Origin: an uncultured Thermoleophilia bacterium
GTDB taxonomy: Bacteria > Actinomycetota > Thermoleophilia > UBA2241
Direction of reading: 5' to 3'
NCBI GenBank assembly: GCA_963702475.1
Contig: CAVPCT010000005.1
Location: forward strand, 704,001 to 768,000
DNA length: 64,000 nucleotides
Of the stretch, positions 39,232 through 50,173 are shown piece by piece. The notes beneath the pieces were generated by a model. It saw only the letters and a list, made by a program, of their open reading frames with translations. It searched no databases and had not been told where the DNA came from. The position numbers and the translations under genes are program-made. The first letter of the stretch is position 1. Every line of letters begins with the position of its first letter.

Positions 39232-40179
39232 TTACTCGTCACCCCGCAGAGAGAGGCCCCGCTCGGCAAGCTTGTCCTTGACCTCGTCGATGCTCTTCTT
39301 GCCGAAATTCGGGATGTTGAGCAGCTCGGCCTCGGTCTTTGAGACCAGGTCGCCGACGGTCTGGATTCCCTCGCGCTTGAGGCAGTTGTACGAACGGACG
39401 CCGAGCTCGAGCTCCTCGATGAGCACGTCGTCCATGCCCCCACCGGCAGACGTCGCGGTAAGACCCTCTATGGGGTACTCCTCCGTGGACCGCGTGCGGT
39501 CGGGGTCGGTGAAGATCGACATGCGGTCCACGAGGATCTCGGCGGCCTCGCGCAGGGCTTCCTCCGGCATGAGGGCGCCGTTCGTGGTGATGTCGAGGAT
39601 GAGCTTGTCGTAGTCGGTGCGCTGGCCCACACGGGCGCTCTCGACGCGGTACGAGACGCGCTTGATGGGACTGAAGATGGAGTCGATCGGGACGACGCCG
39701 ATGACAGTCTCGGGCGTCTTGTTACCCTCGGCCGGCACGTACCCCGTGCCCCTGCGTACGGTGAGCATCATCTCGATCACGCCGCCGTCGGACAGGGTGG
39801 CGATGTGGTGATCCGGGTTCAGGATCTCGAGCTCGGCCGGGATGTCGATGTCGGCCGCCACGACCTTGCCGGGCTTGTCCTTGTACAGGCGCACCTGCAC
39901 TTCATCGAGCTCGCCGTGCAGACGGCACACGAGCTCTTTGAGGTTGAGGATGATATCGGTGACGTCTTCTTTGACGCCCTTGATGGTGGTGAACTCGTGG
40001 GCGACGCCCTCGATCTTCACCGAGCTCACCGCCGCGCCCTCGAGGGACGACAGGAGGACCCGGCGCAGCGCGTTGCCGAAGGTGTGCCCGAACCCGCGGT
40101 CGAGGGGTTCCACCTCGAAGCGCGCCCGGTTCGCGGCGAGCTGTTCGCGCGTGATGTTGGGCATCTGGAACTGGAGCAA
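39232..40179 (-). CDS. rpoA: RNA polymerase alpha subunit
   Basis: [21 protein letters not shown]; alpha-[18 protein letters not shown]. Confidence 0.98.
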   Translation of the reverse strand: MLQFQMPNITREQLAANRARFEVEPLDRGFGHTFGNALRRVLLSSLEGAAVSSVKIEGVAHEFTTIKGVKEDVTDIILNLKELVCRLHGELDEVQVRLYKDKPGKVVAADIDIPAELEILNPDHHIATLSDGGVIEMMLTVRRGTGYVPAEGNKTPETVIGVVPIDSIFSPIKRVSYRVESARVGQRTDYDKLILDITTNGALMPEEALREAAEILVDRMSIFTDPDRTRSTEEYPIEGLTATSAGGGMDDVLIEELELGVRSYNCLKREGIQTVGDLVSKTEAELLNIPNFGKKSIDEVKDKLAERGLSLRGDE

Positions 40180-40224
40180 CTGGCCTCCCTAGATGTGGTC
40201 TTCGCCGCGGGTCAGCTGCAGCGG

Positions 40225-40845
40225 TTACTTGCTGTAGAGCTCGACGATCAGCTGTTCCTGGACCGGGGTGTCGATCTCGTCGCGCGTAGGCGCGCGCAGG
40301 ATCTTGCCGGTGAGGTTGTCGTGGTCGACCAGCAGCCAGGGGGCCACGGACGACGTCAGGTCGGTGGCGGCGCGCACCGTCTCGGCGGCCTTGCTGTTGG
40401 GACGGACGGAGACGACGTCGTCGGGACGGACCTGGTACGACGGGATGTCTACCTTCTTGCCGTTGACCAGGAAGTGCTCGTGACGCACGAGCTGGCGGGC
40501 CTGACGGCGCGAGGCGCCGAAGCCGAGGCGGTACACCACGTTGTCGAGCCGCATCTCGAGCAGGGTGAGCAGGGTCTCACCGGTGATGCCCTGCTTGCGG
40601 CTGGCGACCTCGTAGTAGTGATGGAACTGCTTCTCGAGGACCTGGTAGTACCTGCGGGCCTTCTGCTTCTCGCGAAGCTGCAGGAGGTACTCGGACTGCT
40701 TGATGCGGCCGCGGCCGTGCTCACCCGGCGGGTACGAGCGACGCTCGACGGCACACTTGTCGGTCAGGCAGCGCTCTCCTTTCAGGAAGAGCTTCTCTGC
40801 CTCACGACGGCACTGCTTGCACTGGGCTGAGGTATCTCTCGCCAC
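40225..40845 (-). CDS. rpsD: 30S ribosomal protein uS4 (Zn-ribbon form)
   Basis: CKQCRRE, LREKQK and RLDNVVYR motifs. Confidence 0.97.
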   Translation of the reverse strand: MARDTSAQCKQCRREAEKLFLKGERCLTDKCAVERRSYPPGEHGRGRIKQSEYLLQLREKQKARRYYQVLEKQFHHYYEVASRKQGITGETLLTLLEMRLDNVVYRLGFGASRRQARQLVRHEHFLVNGKKVDIPSYQVRPDDVVSVRPNSKAAETVRAATDLTSSVAPWLLVDHDNLTGKILRAPTRDEIDTPVQEQLIVELYSK

Positions 40846-40855
40846 GTGGACCTTC

Positions 40856-41254
40856 CTAGACCCGGCGACGCTTACGCGGGCGGCAGCCGTTGTGCGGCAC
40901 CGGCGTCACGTCTTTGACACTGATGATCTCAAGGCCAGCGGCCTGGAGGGAACGCACGGCGGTCTCGCGGCCGGACCCCGGACCGCGCACGAACACCTCG
41001 ACTTTCTGGAGGCCGTGCTCCATGCCCTTCTTGGCACAGGACTCGGCCGTGACCTGGGCGGCGAACGGCGTGCTCTTGCGGGAGCCCTTGAAACCCACCG
41101 ACCCGGCGCTCTCCCACGCGATGACGTTGCCTTCCTTGTCGGTGAGGGTCACCAGCGTGTTGTTGAACGATGTCTTGATGTGCGCCTGACCGACCGCGAT
41201 GTTCTTGCGGACCTTACGGCGCTGACGCCCTTTGGCTCTCTGCGGCTTAGCCAC
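40856..41254 (-). CDS. rpsK: 30S ribosomal protein uS11
   Basis: SFNNT, KSTPFAA and PHNGCRP motifs. Confidence 0.97.
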   Translation of the reverse strand: MAKPQRAKGRQRRKVRKNIAVGQAHIKTSFNNTLVTLTDKEGNVIAWESAGSVGFKGSRKSTPFAAQVTAESCAKKGMEHGLQKVEVFVRGPGSGRETAVRSLQAAGLEIISVKDVTPVPHNGCRPRKRRRV

Positions 41255-41284
41255 TCTGTTCTACTCCTCTGGCCTGACTCGCGG

Positions 41285-41656
41285 TCACTTCTTGCGCTTG
41301 CCGCTGATGGTCCGCTTGGGACCCTTGCGGGTGCGGGCGTTGGTGCGCGTGCGCTGCCCGTCGACCGGCATGCCACGACGGTGGCGGATGCCGCGGTAGC
41401 AACCGATGTCCATGAGCCGCTTGATGTTCTGCGAGCGCTCGCGGCGCAGGTCGCCTTCGACCGTGACTTCACGGTCGATGGACTCGCGCAGGCGAACGAT
41501 CTCCTCTTCAGTCAGGTCGCGGACCTTGGTGTTGGGATCGATACCCACCAGGCCCAGCACCTTGTTGGACGTGGAGCGTCCGATGCCGTAGATGTAGGTG
41601 AGCCCGATCTCGACCCGCTTCTGCGGCGGGATGTTGACGCCTGCGATTCGTGCCAT
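41285..41656 (-). CDS. rpsM: 30S ribosomal protein uS13
   Basis: MARIAGV and [13 protein letters not shown] motifs. Confidence 0.97.
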   Translation of the reverse strand: MARIAGVNIPPQKRVEIGLTYIYGIGRSTSNKVLGLVGIDPNTKVRDLTEEEIVRLRESIDREVTVEGDLRRERSQNIKRLMDIGCYRGIRHRRGMPVDGQRTRTNARTRKGPKRTISGKRKK

Positions 41657-41665
41657 GCGGAACCC

Positions 41666-41779
41666 TTACCCCTGCCTCTGACGATGGCGAGGATTGGCGC
41701 AGATCACCTGCACCGTGCCGTGACGGCGGATGATCTTGCACTTCTCACACATCGGCTTGACTGACGCTCTTACCTTCAT
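41666..41779 (-). CDS. rpmJ: 50S ribosomal protein bL36
   Basis: Below the ORF-track cutoff; translates [37 protein letters not shown]. Confidence 0.97.
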   Translation of the reverse strand: MKVRASVKPMCEKCKIIRRHGTVQVICANPRHRQRQG

Positions 41780-41851
41780 CGGTCTTCCTCGCTCGAGCGT
41801 GCGGCGCGCCCTGTGGCACGCCGCACACCGCTTCCACGCGACCAGCGGCCG

Positions 41852-42073
41852 CTACTTGAACCGGTACGTGATCCTGCCCCTGCTGAGATCGTAGGGCGAA
41901 AGCTCGACCTTGACCCTGTCGCCGGGCAGGATGCGGATGTAGTTCATGCGCATCTTGCCGGAGATGTGGGCGAGCACTTCGTGGTTGTTGTCGAGGTGCA
42001 CCCGGAACATGGTGTTCGGGAGGGCCTCGATGACCTCACCTTCTATCTCGATGGCTTCTTCTTTGTTCGCCAT
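41852..42073 (-). CDS. infA: Translation initiation factor IF-1
   Basis: [10 protein letters not shown] and [14 protein letters not shown] motifs. Confidence 0.98.
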   Translation of the reverse strand: MANKEEAIEIEGEVIEALPNTMFRVHLDNNHEVLAHISGKMRMNYIRILPGDRVKVELSPYDLSRGRITYRFK

Positions 42074-42105
42074 ACTCCCTACTCGTCGTCAGACAGCGGC
42101 CTGAC

Positions 42106-42133
42106 ATACTACCACACTCACGTAAGGCCGCAA
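42106..42133 (-). promoter_or_regulatory. Putative infA promoter (TTGCGG-16-TAGTAT with TGn extension)
   Basis: Hexamers read directly in the map-infA gap. Confidence 0.5.
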
Positions 42134-42150
42134 AACACGACCCGGTCGCG

Positions 42151-42918
42151 TCACGCGCCGCTCTTCTCCGAGCGCCGGCGCGTCAGCACTCTCGGCTTCT
42201 TCTTGCCCACCGCGACGGTGTGCTCGAAGTGCGCCGAGAGCGAACCGTCCACCGTGGAGATGCTCCAGCCGTCGTCGGCCACGTACACTTCGTGCCCGCC
42301 GGCGTTGACCATGGGCTCGATGGCGAAGACCATGCCTTCTTCGAGCCGGGGCCCCCGATCGGGCTCCCCGTAGTTGGGTATCTGCGGGTCCTCGTGCATC
42401 TCGCGGCCGACGCCGTGGCCCACGAGGGAGCGCACGACGCTGAAGCCGGCCGCCTCCACGACCTCCTGCACGGCGTGCGAGACGTCGCCGAGACGCCGGC
42501 CCTCATGACACTCCGCCAGGGCCGCCTCGAGCGACTCGGCCGTCACGTCCAGGAGACGCTGCGCCTCCGGCTCCACGGCTCCCATGGCCAGCGTGATGGC
42601 CGAGTCGGCCACGTACCCGTCCAGGGTGACGCCGACGTCGATGCTGAGCACGTCACCCTCGCACGCACGGTAGGTACCGGGGATGCCGTGCACCACCATG
42701 TCGTTCGGCGATGTGCAGATGGACGCGGGAAAACCCCGGTAGCCGAGAAAGGTGGGCGCTCCGCCGCGCTTACGGATGAGACGCTCAGCCAGGCGGTCCA
42801 GCTCCTCCGTGGCGACACCCGGGCGCGCCTCTGCGGCGAGCATGTCGAGGCAGTCGGCCAGAATGACGCCGGCGGCGTCGATCTTCGCGACCTCTGCTGC
42901 GGACTTGCGGACGATCAC
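42151..42918 (-). CDS. map: Methionine aminopeptidase type I
   Basis: VVHGIP, IDVG, GHGVG, HEDP, AIEPM and AHFEHT motifs. Confidence 0.97.
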   Translation of the reverse strand: MIVRKSAAEVAKIDAAGVILADCLDMLAAEARPGVATEELDRLAERLIRKRGGAPTFLGYRGFPASICTSPNDMVVHGIPGTYRACEGDVLSIDVGVTLDGYVADSAITLAMGAVEPEAQRLLDVTAESLEAALAECHEGRRLGDVSHAVQEVVEAAGFSVVRSLVGHGVGREMHEDPQIPNYGEPDRGPRLEEGMVFAIEPMVNAGGHEVYVADDGWSISTVDGSLSAHFEHTVAVGKKKPRVLTRRRSEKSGA

Positions 42919-43048
42919 GACTCAGTCCGTCCCTCGCGGAGCCCATCGGGCCGAGGGCCGCTCACTACCACTACGGCTGCTGCGTGGCCTACGGGCATGA
43001 GTGTCGAGTGCACCTGCGGCGCACCCGACGTTGATCCGCCTTCGGTGA

Positions 43049-43705
43049 TCAAACCGCAAGGATCGCCTTGACCTGCTCGTAGACTTCATCCGGGGCCTTG
43101 CCGCCGCCGAACGCGCTCGCGAGCACGCCCCTCTGCGTGTAGTACCCGATGAGCGGCGCCGTCTGGCTCTCGTAGACGCCGATGCGGTTGCGCACCGTCG
43201 CCTCGGTGTCGTCGGCTCGCTGCGTGAGCTCGCCTCCGTCGAGGTCGCAGACGCCGTCGGCCTTCGGCGGGTCGAAGGTGACGTTGTAGATCTTGCCGCA
43301 CACTGCGCAGGAGCGGCGACCGGCGATGCGCTGCACCAGCTCATCGGCGGGGACGTCGATGAGCACGACGTGGGTGATGCCCCTGCCGGCCTCGGCCAGC
43401 ATGGTGTCGAGCGCCTCAGCTTGCGGTACCGTGCGCGGGAAGCCGTCGAGCAGAAAGCCCTCCGCGGCGTCCGGCTCGGCCAGCCGGTCCCGGACGACGC
43501 CGATGACGACCTCGTCCGGGACCAGCTGGCCGCTCTCCATGTACTTCTGCGCCTCGCGACCCATCCCGGTGCCCTTGGCGACCGCCGCGCGCAGCATCTC
43601 ACCTGTGGAGACGTGCGGCAGCCGGTAGTCGACCACGATGCGTTCGGCCTGCGTGCCTTTGCCCGCACCGGGGCCGCCGAGGAGGATCACGTTGCGCTGG
43701 GTCAT
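43049..43705 (-). CDS. adk: Adenylate kinase (Zn-lid type)
   Basis: GGPGAGKGTQ, LDGFPRT and CAVC...CDLD motifs. Confidence 0.97.
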   Translation of the reverse strand: MTQRNVILLGGPGAGKGTQAERIVVDYRLPHVSTGEMLRAAVAKGTGMGREAQKYMESGQLVPDEVVIGVVRDRLAEPDAAEGFLLDGFPRTVPQAEALDTMLAEAGRGITHVVLIDVPADELVQRIAGRRSCAVCGKIYNVTFDPPKADGVCDLDGGELTQRADDTEATVRNRIGVYESQTAPLIGYYTQRGVLASAFGGGKAPDEVYEQVKAILAV

Positions 43706-43714
43706 CGCCGTCTC

Positions 43715-44974
43715 CTACTTGAGGAAGCCCTCGTAGTGCCGCATGAGCAGCTGGGCCTCCATCTGCCGCATCGTGTCGAGCGCCACGCCCACCACGATCA
43801 GCAGGGACGTGCCACCGAAGTAGAAGGGCACGTTCAGGAAGCGTGACATGATCCACGGCAGCACTGCCAGAGCGGCGAGGAACAGGGCCCCCGGCAGAGT
43901 CAGCCGCGTGAGGATGCGGTCGAGGTACTCTGCCGTCGGTCGGCCGGGACGCACGCCCGGCACGAAACCGCCGTACTTCTTGAGGTTGTCGGCCTGGTCG
44001 ATCGGGTTGAAGGTCACGGCCGTGTAGAAGTACGTGAAGATGATGATGAGGATGGCCTCGAGGATGATGAACAAGAAGGTGCTCGGGCCGATCCAGTCGT
44101 TGATCCAGGTGCCGATGCCGCCGCCCAGGAACTGGGCGAAGGTCGGCAGGATCATCATCATGGACGAGGCGAAGATCACCGGGATGACGCCGGCCATATT
44201 GACCTTCAGAGGGATGAACGTGCTGGTGCCACCCATCATGCGCCGCCCGACCACACGTTTGGCGTATTGAACGGGCACGCGGCGCTCGCCGCTGGTGATC
44301 CAGATGACGCCGACGATCACCGCCAGGGCGATCACGAGGAAGAGCACGATGGTGATCAAGCTCATCGTGAACAGCTTGGCGGTACCTGACGGGATGCGGG
44401 ACACGATGCTGATGAAGATGATGATCGACATGCCGTTGCCGAGGCCGCGCGCGGTGATGAGCTCACCGAGCCACATCACGAACACGGCGCCGGCCACGAG
44501 GCTGACGATGATGAGCAGGGCGCGCCACCAGTTGAGGTCGGGCAGAGCGTTCTGGCTCCGGAACAGGAACACGTAGCCGACCGCCTGGACCGTAGAGAGG
44601 GCGACGGTGAGCCAGCGCGTGTACTTGGTGATGATCTTCTGCCCCTGCTCGCCTTCCTTGGCCAGATCCTCGAGCTTGGGGATGACCACGGTGAGCAGCT
44701 GCATGATGATCGACGCCGTGATGTACGGCATGATGCCAAGCGCGAAGAGGGCGACGCGCGCGAGCGCGCCGCCCGAGAACAGGTCGAGGAAGCCGATGAC
44801 GCCCGCCCCGCCCTTCTCGAAGAACTCGCGCAGCGCGTCGAGGTCGATGCCCGGCACGGGCACGTAGGCGCCGAAGCGATAGATCGCCACCATCGCCGCC
44901 GTGAAGAGGAGCTTCGCGCGAAGGTCCGGGATCTTCCAGGCGTTGACGAGCGACTGCCAGAGCTTGTTGTTCAC
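43715..44974 (-). CDS. secY: Preprotein translocase SecY
   Basis: FALGIMPYITASI, GLGNGMS, PGVRPG and GGTSLLIVVGV motifs. Confidence 0.98.
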   Translation of the reverse strand: MNNKLWQSLVNAWKIPDLRAKLLFTAAMVAIYRFGAYVPVPGIDLDALREFFEKGGAGVIGFLDLFSGGALARVALFALGIMPYITASIIMQLLTVVIPKLEDLAKEGEQGQKIITKYTRWLTVALSTVQAVGYVFLFRSQNALPDLNWWRALLIIVSLVAGAVFVMWLGELITARGLGNGMSIIIFISIVSRIPSGTAKLFTMSLITIVLFLVIALAVIVGVIWITSGERRVPVQYAKRVVGRRMMGGTSTFIPLKVNMAGVIPVIFASSMMMILPTFAQFLGGGIGTWINDWIGPSTFLFIILEAILIIIFTYFYTAVTFNPIDQADNLKKYGGFVPGVRPGRPTAEYLDRILTRLTLPGALFLAALAVLPWIMSRFLNVPFYFGGTSLLIVVGVALDTMRQMEAQLLMRHYEGFLK

Positions 44975-44995
44975 AGCAGGGTTCCCCCCGCGCCG

Positions 44996-45472
44996 TTAGA
45001 GGAGCTCGGCTGTGCCGCCGGCCGCCTCGATCTTTTCCACGGCGCTCCGCGAGTACAGTTGCATGCGCACCTTGAGCACCTTGTCGAGATCGCCGCCGCC
45101 GAGGACCTTGATGGGCGTGCGGGTGTTCTTGACGATGCCCTTCGCGACGAGCGCCTCGGGAGTGACCTCATCGCCGGCCGCGAACGCCTGCGAGAGGCGG
45201 CCGACGTTGACCGGGACGGCGTAGGTGCGGAACGGACCGATGGGCATGGCCCTCTTGGTGTGGTTGCCGCGCAGCTTGCCCAGGCGCATGTAGAGCGGCA
45301 TCTGGCCGCCCTCATAGCCGGGGCGAACGCCGCCGCCGGAGCGGGAGTTGTAGCCCTTGTGGCCCTTGCCGCTCGTCTTGCCCTGACCGGTGCCCTTACC
45401 GCGACCGAGACGCTTGGTGTCTTTGGTGGAACCGGGGTTGGGGCTGAGGTTGTGCAGTCCTAGTTCAGCCAT
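44996..45472 (-). CDS. rplO: 50S ribosomal protein uL15
   Basis: GKTSGKGHKG and EGGQMP motifs. Confidence 0.97.
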   Translation of the reverse strand: MAELGLHNLSPNPGSTKDTKRLGRGKGTGQGKTSGKGHKGYNSRSGGGVRPGYEGGQMPLYMRLGKLRGNHTKRAMPIGPFRTYAVPVNVGRLSQAFAAGDEVTPEALVAKGIVKNTRTPIKVLGGGDLDKVLKVRMQLYSRSAVEKIEAAGGTAELL

Positions 45473-45473
45473 G

Positions 45474-45668
45474 TCACGACTTCTTCGTTACCGGGCGCGC
45501 CTCGACGAGGAACGCGACCTTGTTGACCATGCCGCGGATCACGGGAGTGTCCTCGTGCACCACGGTGTGGCGGATACGCTTGAGCCCGAGCGCGCGCAGC
45601 GTGCCGCGATGTTCCGGCCGCCGCCCTATCGCGCTCTTGATCTGGGTGATCTCGAGATAGGCGGTCAT
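45474..45668 (-). CDS. rpmD: 50S ribosomal protein uL30
   Basis: [10 protein letters not shown]...LGLKRI. Confidence 0.96.
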   Translation of the reverse strand: MTAYLEITQIKSAIGRRPEHRGTLRALGLKRIRHTVVHEDTPVIRGMVNKVAFLVEARPVTKKS

Positions 45669-45673
45669 GGCGA

Positions 45674-46225
45674 TCAGGCCTCCCCACCCGCGGCAGCGGC
45701 ATCCGTCTGGGGATGATCGATGCCGAGCACTTTGCTCACCGGGATGCCGCGCAGGCGCGCCACGCCTTCGGGCGTCTTGAGCGCCTGCAGCCCTGCCACG
45801 GTGGCGCGCACCAGGTTGATCGGGTTGGTGGTGCCGAGCGACTTGGTGAGGATGTCGCGCACCCCGGCCAGCTCGAGCACGGCACGCACGCCGCCGGCGG
45901 CGATGACGCCGGTACCGGGCGCGGCGGGCTTGAGCAGCACCCGCGCCGCGCCGAAACGGCCGATGACCTCGTGCGTGGTGGTGGTGCCGTTGTACCGCGG
46001 CACCGTGAACAGGTTCTTCTTCGCGTCCTCGATCGCCTTCTGGATCGCCAGCGGCACCTCGCGCGCCTTGCCGTAGCCGGCGCCCACGTGTCCGTTCTCG
46101 TCACCGACGACGACAAGGGCAGTGAAGGAGAACCGCCGGCCGCCCTTGACGACCTTGGCGACGCGGTTGATGTCGACGACGCGCTCTTTGAGCTCGTTGC
46201 CTTCGCTGAATGATCCTCTAGCCAC
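45674..46225 (-). CDS. rpsE: 30S ribosomal protein uS5
   Basis: [16 protein letters not shown]. Confidence 0.97.
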   Translation of the reverse strand: MARGSFSEGNELKERVVDINRVAKVVKGGRRFSFTALVVVGDENGHVGAGYGKAREVPLAIQKAIEDAKKNLFTVPRYNGTTTTHEVIGRFGAARVLLKPAAPGTGVIAAGGVRAVLELAGVRDILTKSLGTTNPINLVRATVAGLQALKTPEGVARLRGIPVSKVLGIDHPQTDAAAAGGEA

Positions 46226-46243
46226 GGGGTCCTTTACTCCTTC

Positions 46244-46597
46244 TCAGAAAACAAGGCCGCCCTCGCGGGCGCCCTCGGCGAGGGCCTTGACCCGGCCGTG
46301 ATACAGATAGCCGGACCTGTCGAAGACGACCCGCTCGATGCCTTTGTCCTTGGCGCGCTGCGCGAGCAGCTCGCCGACCTTCTTCGCGACCTCGGACTTC
46401 TTGAGCCCGGCGCCGTCGACTTCGCCAGAGCGCGCCGCCGCGATGGTGCGGGCGCCGGCGTCGTCCACGAGCTGCGCGTAGATGGCCTTGTTCGAGCGGA
46501 ACACGGAGACGCGGGGCCGCTCGGGGGTGCCGCTCAGACGTCCGCGGATGCGGCGCTTGCGCCGGGCGCGGGCCTCTCTGATGTTGCGTGCGCTCAT
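46244..46597 (-). CDS. rplR: 50S ribosomal protein uL18
   Basis: [10 protein letters not shown] and [13 protein letters not shown] motifs. Confidence 0.97.
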   Translation of the reverse strand: MSARNIREARARRKRRIRGRLSGTPERPRVSVFRSNKAIYAQLVDDAGARTIAAARSGEVDGAGLKKSEVAKKVGELLAQRAKDKGIERVVFDRSGYLYHGRVKALAEGAREGGLVF

Positions 46598-46627
46598 GAC
46601 CTTGACGTTCCTCTTCTCTCAGGCAGC

Positions 46628-47161
46628 CTAGGCGCGCTTGCCGACCTTGCGCTGCACGTACTCGCCGGCGTAACGGATGCCTTTGCCTTTGTACGGCTCC
46701 GGCGGGCGGATGGACCGCACCTTGGCGGCAACTTCGCCCACGACCTGCTTGTCGATGCCCCTGACCAGGACCACGGTGGCCTGCGGGGTCTCGAACGAGA
46801 CGTGCTCCGGCGGGTCGATGACCACAGGGTGGCTGTAACCGACCAGCAGCTCCAGCGCTTCGCCCTTGATGCTGGCGCGGTAGCCGACCCCGACGATCTC
46901 AAGACGCTTCTCGAAGCCGTCGGTGACGCCCGTGACCATGTTGGCGATCAGCGTGCGGGTCAACCCGTGCAGCGAGCGGTGCTGGCCGCTGTCGGTGGGC
47001 CGCTTGACCTGGATGACGCCCTCGCCGACCTCGATCTCCATCTCACGCGGCACGCGCTGCGTGAGCTCGCCCTTGGGGCCCTTCACCGTCACGACGGCGT
47101 TGTCGTACGAGAAGTCGACGCCCGCGGGCAGGGGGATTGGTGCTCTTCCGATCCTCGACAT
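46628..47161 (-). CDS. rplF: 50S ribosomal protein uL6
   Basis: MSRIGR and PEPYKGKGIRY motifs. Confidence 0.97.
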   Translation of the reverse strand: MSRIGRAPIPLPAGVDFSYDNAVVTVKGPKGELTQRVPREMEIEVGEGVIQVKRPTDSGQHRSLHGLTRTLIANMVTGVTDGFEKRLEIVGVGYRASIKGEALELLVGYSHPVVIDPPEHVSFETPQATVVLVRGIDKQVVGEVAAKVRSIRPPEPYKGKGIRYAGEYVQRKVGKRA

Positions 47162-47170
47162 GTGACGTCC

Positions 47171-47569
47171 TTACCAGATGAAGCAGATCACTTCGCCGCC
47201 CAGGCCCAGCTTGCGCGCCTCGGCGCTGGTGACGAGCCCACGGGAGGTGGAGATGACCGCAGTGCCGAGCCCTCCGAGCACCTTGGGCAACGACTCCTTC
47301 TTGGCGTACACACGACGCCCAGGCTTGGAGACGCGCTTGATGCCGGAGATGACACGTTCCCTGTTCTTGCCGTACTTGAGCTCGACGAGGAGGACCTCGC
47401 CGTGCTCCCCCAGCTTCTGCTCGTAGCCGGCGATGTAGCCCTGCTCGAGCATGAGGCGGGCGATCTCGGCCTTCATCCTGGAGGCCGGGATCTCGACGAT
47501 GCTGTGCCGCGCGGTGCTGCCGTTGCGGATGCGGGTGAGCATGTCGGCGATAGGGTCAGTCATGGACAT
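47171..47569 (-). CDS. rpsH: 30S ribosomal protein uS8
   Basis: [12 protein letters not shown] and SKPGRRVY motifs. Confidence 0.97.
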   Translation of the reverse strand: MSMTDPIADMLTRIRNGSTARHSIVEIPASRMKAEIARLMLEQGYIAGYEQKLGEHGEVLLVELKYGKNRERVISGIKRVSKPGRRVYAKKESLPKVLGGLGTAVISTSRGLVTSAEARKLGLGGEVICFIW

Positions 47570-47581
47570 GGTATCGCCTCC

Positions 47582-47767
47582 TCACCAGCTCGACTTGGTC
47601 AGACCCGGGATGACGCCCTGGTGCGCCACTTCGCGCAGGCAGATGCGGCAGAGCCCGAACTTGCGATAGTAGCCGCGAGGGCGGCCGCACCTGGCGCAGC
47701 GGTTGTACTCGCGCACCTTGTAACGCTGCTTGCGCCCCGCCTTCACAACGAGGGATGTCTTTGCCAT
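47582..47767 (-). CDS. rpsZ: 30S ribosomal protein uS14 (Zn-binding type Z)
   Basis: 61 aa; CARCGR...LCRIC. Confidence 0.95.
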   Translation of the reverse strand: MAKTSLVVKAGRKQRYKVREYNRCARCGRPRGYYRKFGLCRICLREVAHQGVIPGLTKSSW

Positions 47768-47778
47768 GCCAGATGCTC

Positions 47779-48327
47779 CTAGTTCGACCGGAACGGCATG
47801 CCCATCTTGGTAAGCAGGGCACGTCCTTCCTCGTCCGTCTTGGCGGTGGTCGTGATGATGATGTTGAGGCCGCGGAACTGCTCCACGGAGTCGTAGTCGA
47901 TCTCCGGGAAGATGGTCTGTTCCTTGACGCCCATGGCGAAGTTGCCGCGCCCGTCGAACTGGTTCGGGTCGATGCCGCGGAAGTCACGGATGCGCGGCAG
48001 GGCGATGGAGACGAGACGATCGATCATCTCGTACATGCGCTCGCCGCGCAGGGTCACGCGACAGCCGATCGACATGCCCTCGCGCAGCTTGAAGCTCGCG
48101 ATGGACTTGCGCGCCTTCGTGATCGACGGCCGCTGGCCGGCGATGAGCGCCAGGTCCTCGACGGCGTCGTCGAGCAGCTTGGCGTTGGTCTTGGCCTCAC
48201 CGACACCCATGTTGAGGGTGACTTTGGTCACCTTGGGCACTTCCATCACGTTGCGGTAGCCGAACTCGGTCATGAGCTCGGGCACGATTTGCTTGCGATA
48301 CTTGTCCTTGAGCCTGGCCATCGTCAC
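47779..48327 (-). CDS. rplE: 50S ribosomal protein uL5
   Basis: [16 protein letters not shown] and FPEIDYD motifs. Start may be ATG 48321. Confidence 0.97.
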   Translation of the reverse strand: MTMARLKDKYRKQIVPELMTEFGYRNVMEVPKVTKVTLNMGVGEAKTNAKLLDDAVEDLALIAGQRPSITKARKSIASFKLREGMSIGCRVTLRGERMYEMIDRLVSIALPRIRDFRGIDPNQFDGRGNFAMGVKEQTIFPEIDYDSVEQFRGLNIIITTTAKTDEEGRALLTKMGMPFRSN

Positions 48328-48659
48328 GCCTTGTCGATGTCTTTGCCGCAGTTGGCCTTGCGGCAGATGCGGACCTTGCCGCCGTCGGCGGTCAGCCTGA
48401 AGCCGACGCGCGTGGGCTGGCCGCAGGCTGGACAGACGAGCATGACGTTGGAGACGTCGATGGACCCCTCGCGCTCGATCACGCCGCCCTGCGGGTTCTT
48501 CTTGGGGTTGGGCTTGGTGTGCTTCTTCATCATGTTGAGCCGCTCGAGCACGACGCGACCCGTCTCGGTGTCGACGCGACTCACCTTGCCGGTCTTCCCG
48601 GCTTCCTTGCCGGACACGACCTTGACCTGGTCGCCCTTCTTTATCTTCACCTTGCTCAT
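48324..48659 (-). CDS. rplX: 50S ribosomal protein uL24
   Basis: KOW motif [13 protein letters not shown]; [10 protein letters not shown]. Confidence 0.97.
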   Translation of the reverse strand: MSKVKIKKGDQVKVVSGKEAGKTGKVSRVDTETGRVVLERLNMMKKHTKPNPKKNPQGGVIEREGSIDVSNVMLVCPACGQPTRVGFRLTADGGKVRICRKANCGKDIDKA

Positions 48660-48691
48660 CTCTACAGCGACTCCCTCACCGGCGCGAGGCC

Positions 48692-49060
48692 TCAGAGGAC
48701 CTCAGGGGCCAGCGACACGATCTTCATGAAGTTCTTCTCGCGCAGTTCGCGGGCCACGGGGCCGAAGATGCGCGTACCGCGCGGGTTACCCTGGTTGTCG
48801 ATCAGCACGGCGGCGTTCTCGTCGAACGCGATGTAGGTGCCGTCCTTGCGACCGTACTCCTTCTTGGTGCGCACGATGACGGCGCGCACGACGTCGCCCT
48901 TCTTCACGCTGCCGCCGGGCGTGGCGACCTTGACGGTACCGACGATGATGTCGCCGACCGTGCCGTAGCGTCGCCTCGAGCCTCCCCGGATCCGGATGCA
49001 GAGGATCTCGCGGGCGCCCGTGTTGTCGGCGACTCGTAGTCTGGACTCAACCTGGATCAT
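48692..49060 (-). CDS. rplN: 50S ribosomal protein uL14
   Basis: VADNTGA and [12 protein letters not shown] motifs. Confidence 0.98.
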   Translation of the reverse strand: MIQVESRLRVADNTGAREILCIRIRGGSRRRYGTVGDIIVGTVKVATPGGSVKKGDVVRAVIVRTKKEYGRKDGTYIAFDENAAVLIDNQGNPRGTRIFGPVARELREKNFMKIVSLAPEVL

Positions 49061-49081
49061 GTGTTTCCTCTGCCGGACTGC

Positions 49082-49522
49082 TTACTTAGCTTTTTCGAGG
49101 ATCTCGATGAGCCGCCACCGCTTCGTGGCGCTCAGCGGGCGCGTCTCGACGACACGCACGAGATCGCCGACGCCGGCCGCGTTCTGCTCGTCGTGCACGT
49201 GCAGCTTGCTCGAGCGCCGCACGACCTTGCCGTACCGCTCGTGCTTCTGCGCCACGTCGATGCGCACGACCACGGTCTTGTCCATGGCGTCGCTGACGAC
49301 GATGCCGCGACGCTCCTTGCGCCCGGGCACCTTGGCCGGAGCCTGGTGCTCAGCCTTGGCCCTGGCTTTGGCGGCCGACACCTTCTTGACGGTCGTGCTC
49401 GCGGCGGCGGCAGCGGCCGCCTTCGGCGCCGACTTCTTGGCGGCCGTCTTCTTGGCTGCCGGCTTGCGCGCGGCCGTCTGCTTGGCCGCCGGTTTGCTGC
49501 TGTCTGTCTTCTTTGTCGCCAT
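49082..49522 (-). CDS. rpsQ: 30S ribosomal protein uS17 with Lys/Ala-rich N-terminal extension
   Basis: Core [14 protein letters not shown]...[14 protein letters not shown] overlaps the rpmC stop. Confidence 0.95.
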   Translation of the reverse strand: MATKKTDSSKPAAKQTAARKPAAKKTAAKKSAPKAAAAAAASTTVKKVSAAKARAKAEHQAPAKVPGRKERRGIVVSDAMDKTVVVRIDVAQKHERYGKVVRRSSKLHVHDEQNAAGVGDLVRVVETRPLSATKRWRLIEILEKAK

Positions 49523-49737
49523 CAGGCTTCACCACCGGCTGCTTTGCGCAAGCGCTCCCGCTCCGCCTGCATGGTGAGCAGGCGCGCGATCTCGCGGCGC
49601 GTAGCGTTCAACTTGTGCGGGTTGTCGAGTTGCCCGGTGGCGTGCTGGAAGCGCAGGTTGAAGAGCTCCTTGCGCGTGTCCTTCAGGCGCAATACGAGCT
49701 CGTCGTCGGACAGCTCACGGAGCTTGCTAGCCTTCAA
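49522..49737 (-). CDS. rpmC: 50S ribosomal protein uL29
   Basis: [14 protein letters not shown]. Confidence 0.96.
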   Translation of the reverse strand: MKASKLRELSDDELVLRLKDTRKELFNLRFQHATGQLDNPHKLNATRREIARLLTMQAERERLRKAAGGEA

Positions 49738-50152
49738 GGAGACTGCCCTCCCTCGTCACGAACTTGCACTTCACGGGCAGCTTGTGGGCCGCCAGGCGCA
49801 TGGCCTCTCGGGCCACCGGCTCACTGACGCCGGCCAGCTCGAACATGACCTTGCCGGGCTTGACCACGGCCACCCACGACTCGGGCGAACCCTTGCCGCC
49901 GCCCATACGGGTCTCGGCGGCCTTGCGCGTGATGGGCTTGTGTGGGAACACGTTGATCCACACCTTGCCACCACGTTTGATGTAGCGCGTCATGGCAACA
50001 CGGGCTGCTTCGATCTGGCGGTTGGTGACCCAGCCGCACTCCAGCGCCTTCAGGCCGTAATCGCCGAAGTCGACACTGGTGCCGCCCTTGGCGGTGCCGG
50101 CCATGCGACCGCGTTGCTGCTTTCTATGCTTCACTCTCTTCGGCAGGAGCAT
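49727..50152 (-). CDS. rplP: 50S ribosomal protein uL16
   Basis: [17 protein letters not shown] and RMGGGKG motifs. Confidence 0.97.
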   Translation of the reverse strand: MLLPKRVKHRKQQRGRMAGTAKGGTSVDFGDYGLKALECGWVTNRQIEAARVAMTRYIKRGGKVWINVFPHKPITRKAAETRMGGGKGSPESWVAVVKPGKVMFELAGVSEPVAREAMRLAAHKLPVKCKFVTREGSLLEG

Positions 50153-50173
50153 CGTCTACGTCCTCTCTACCGT

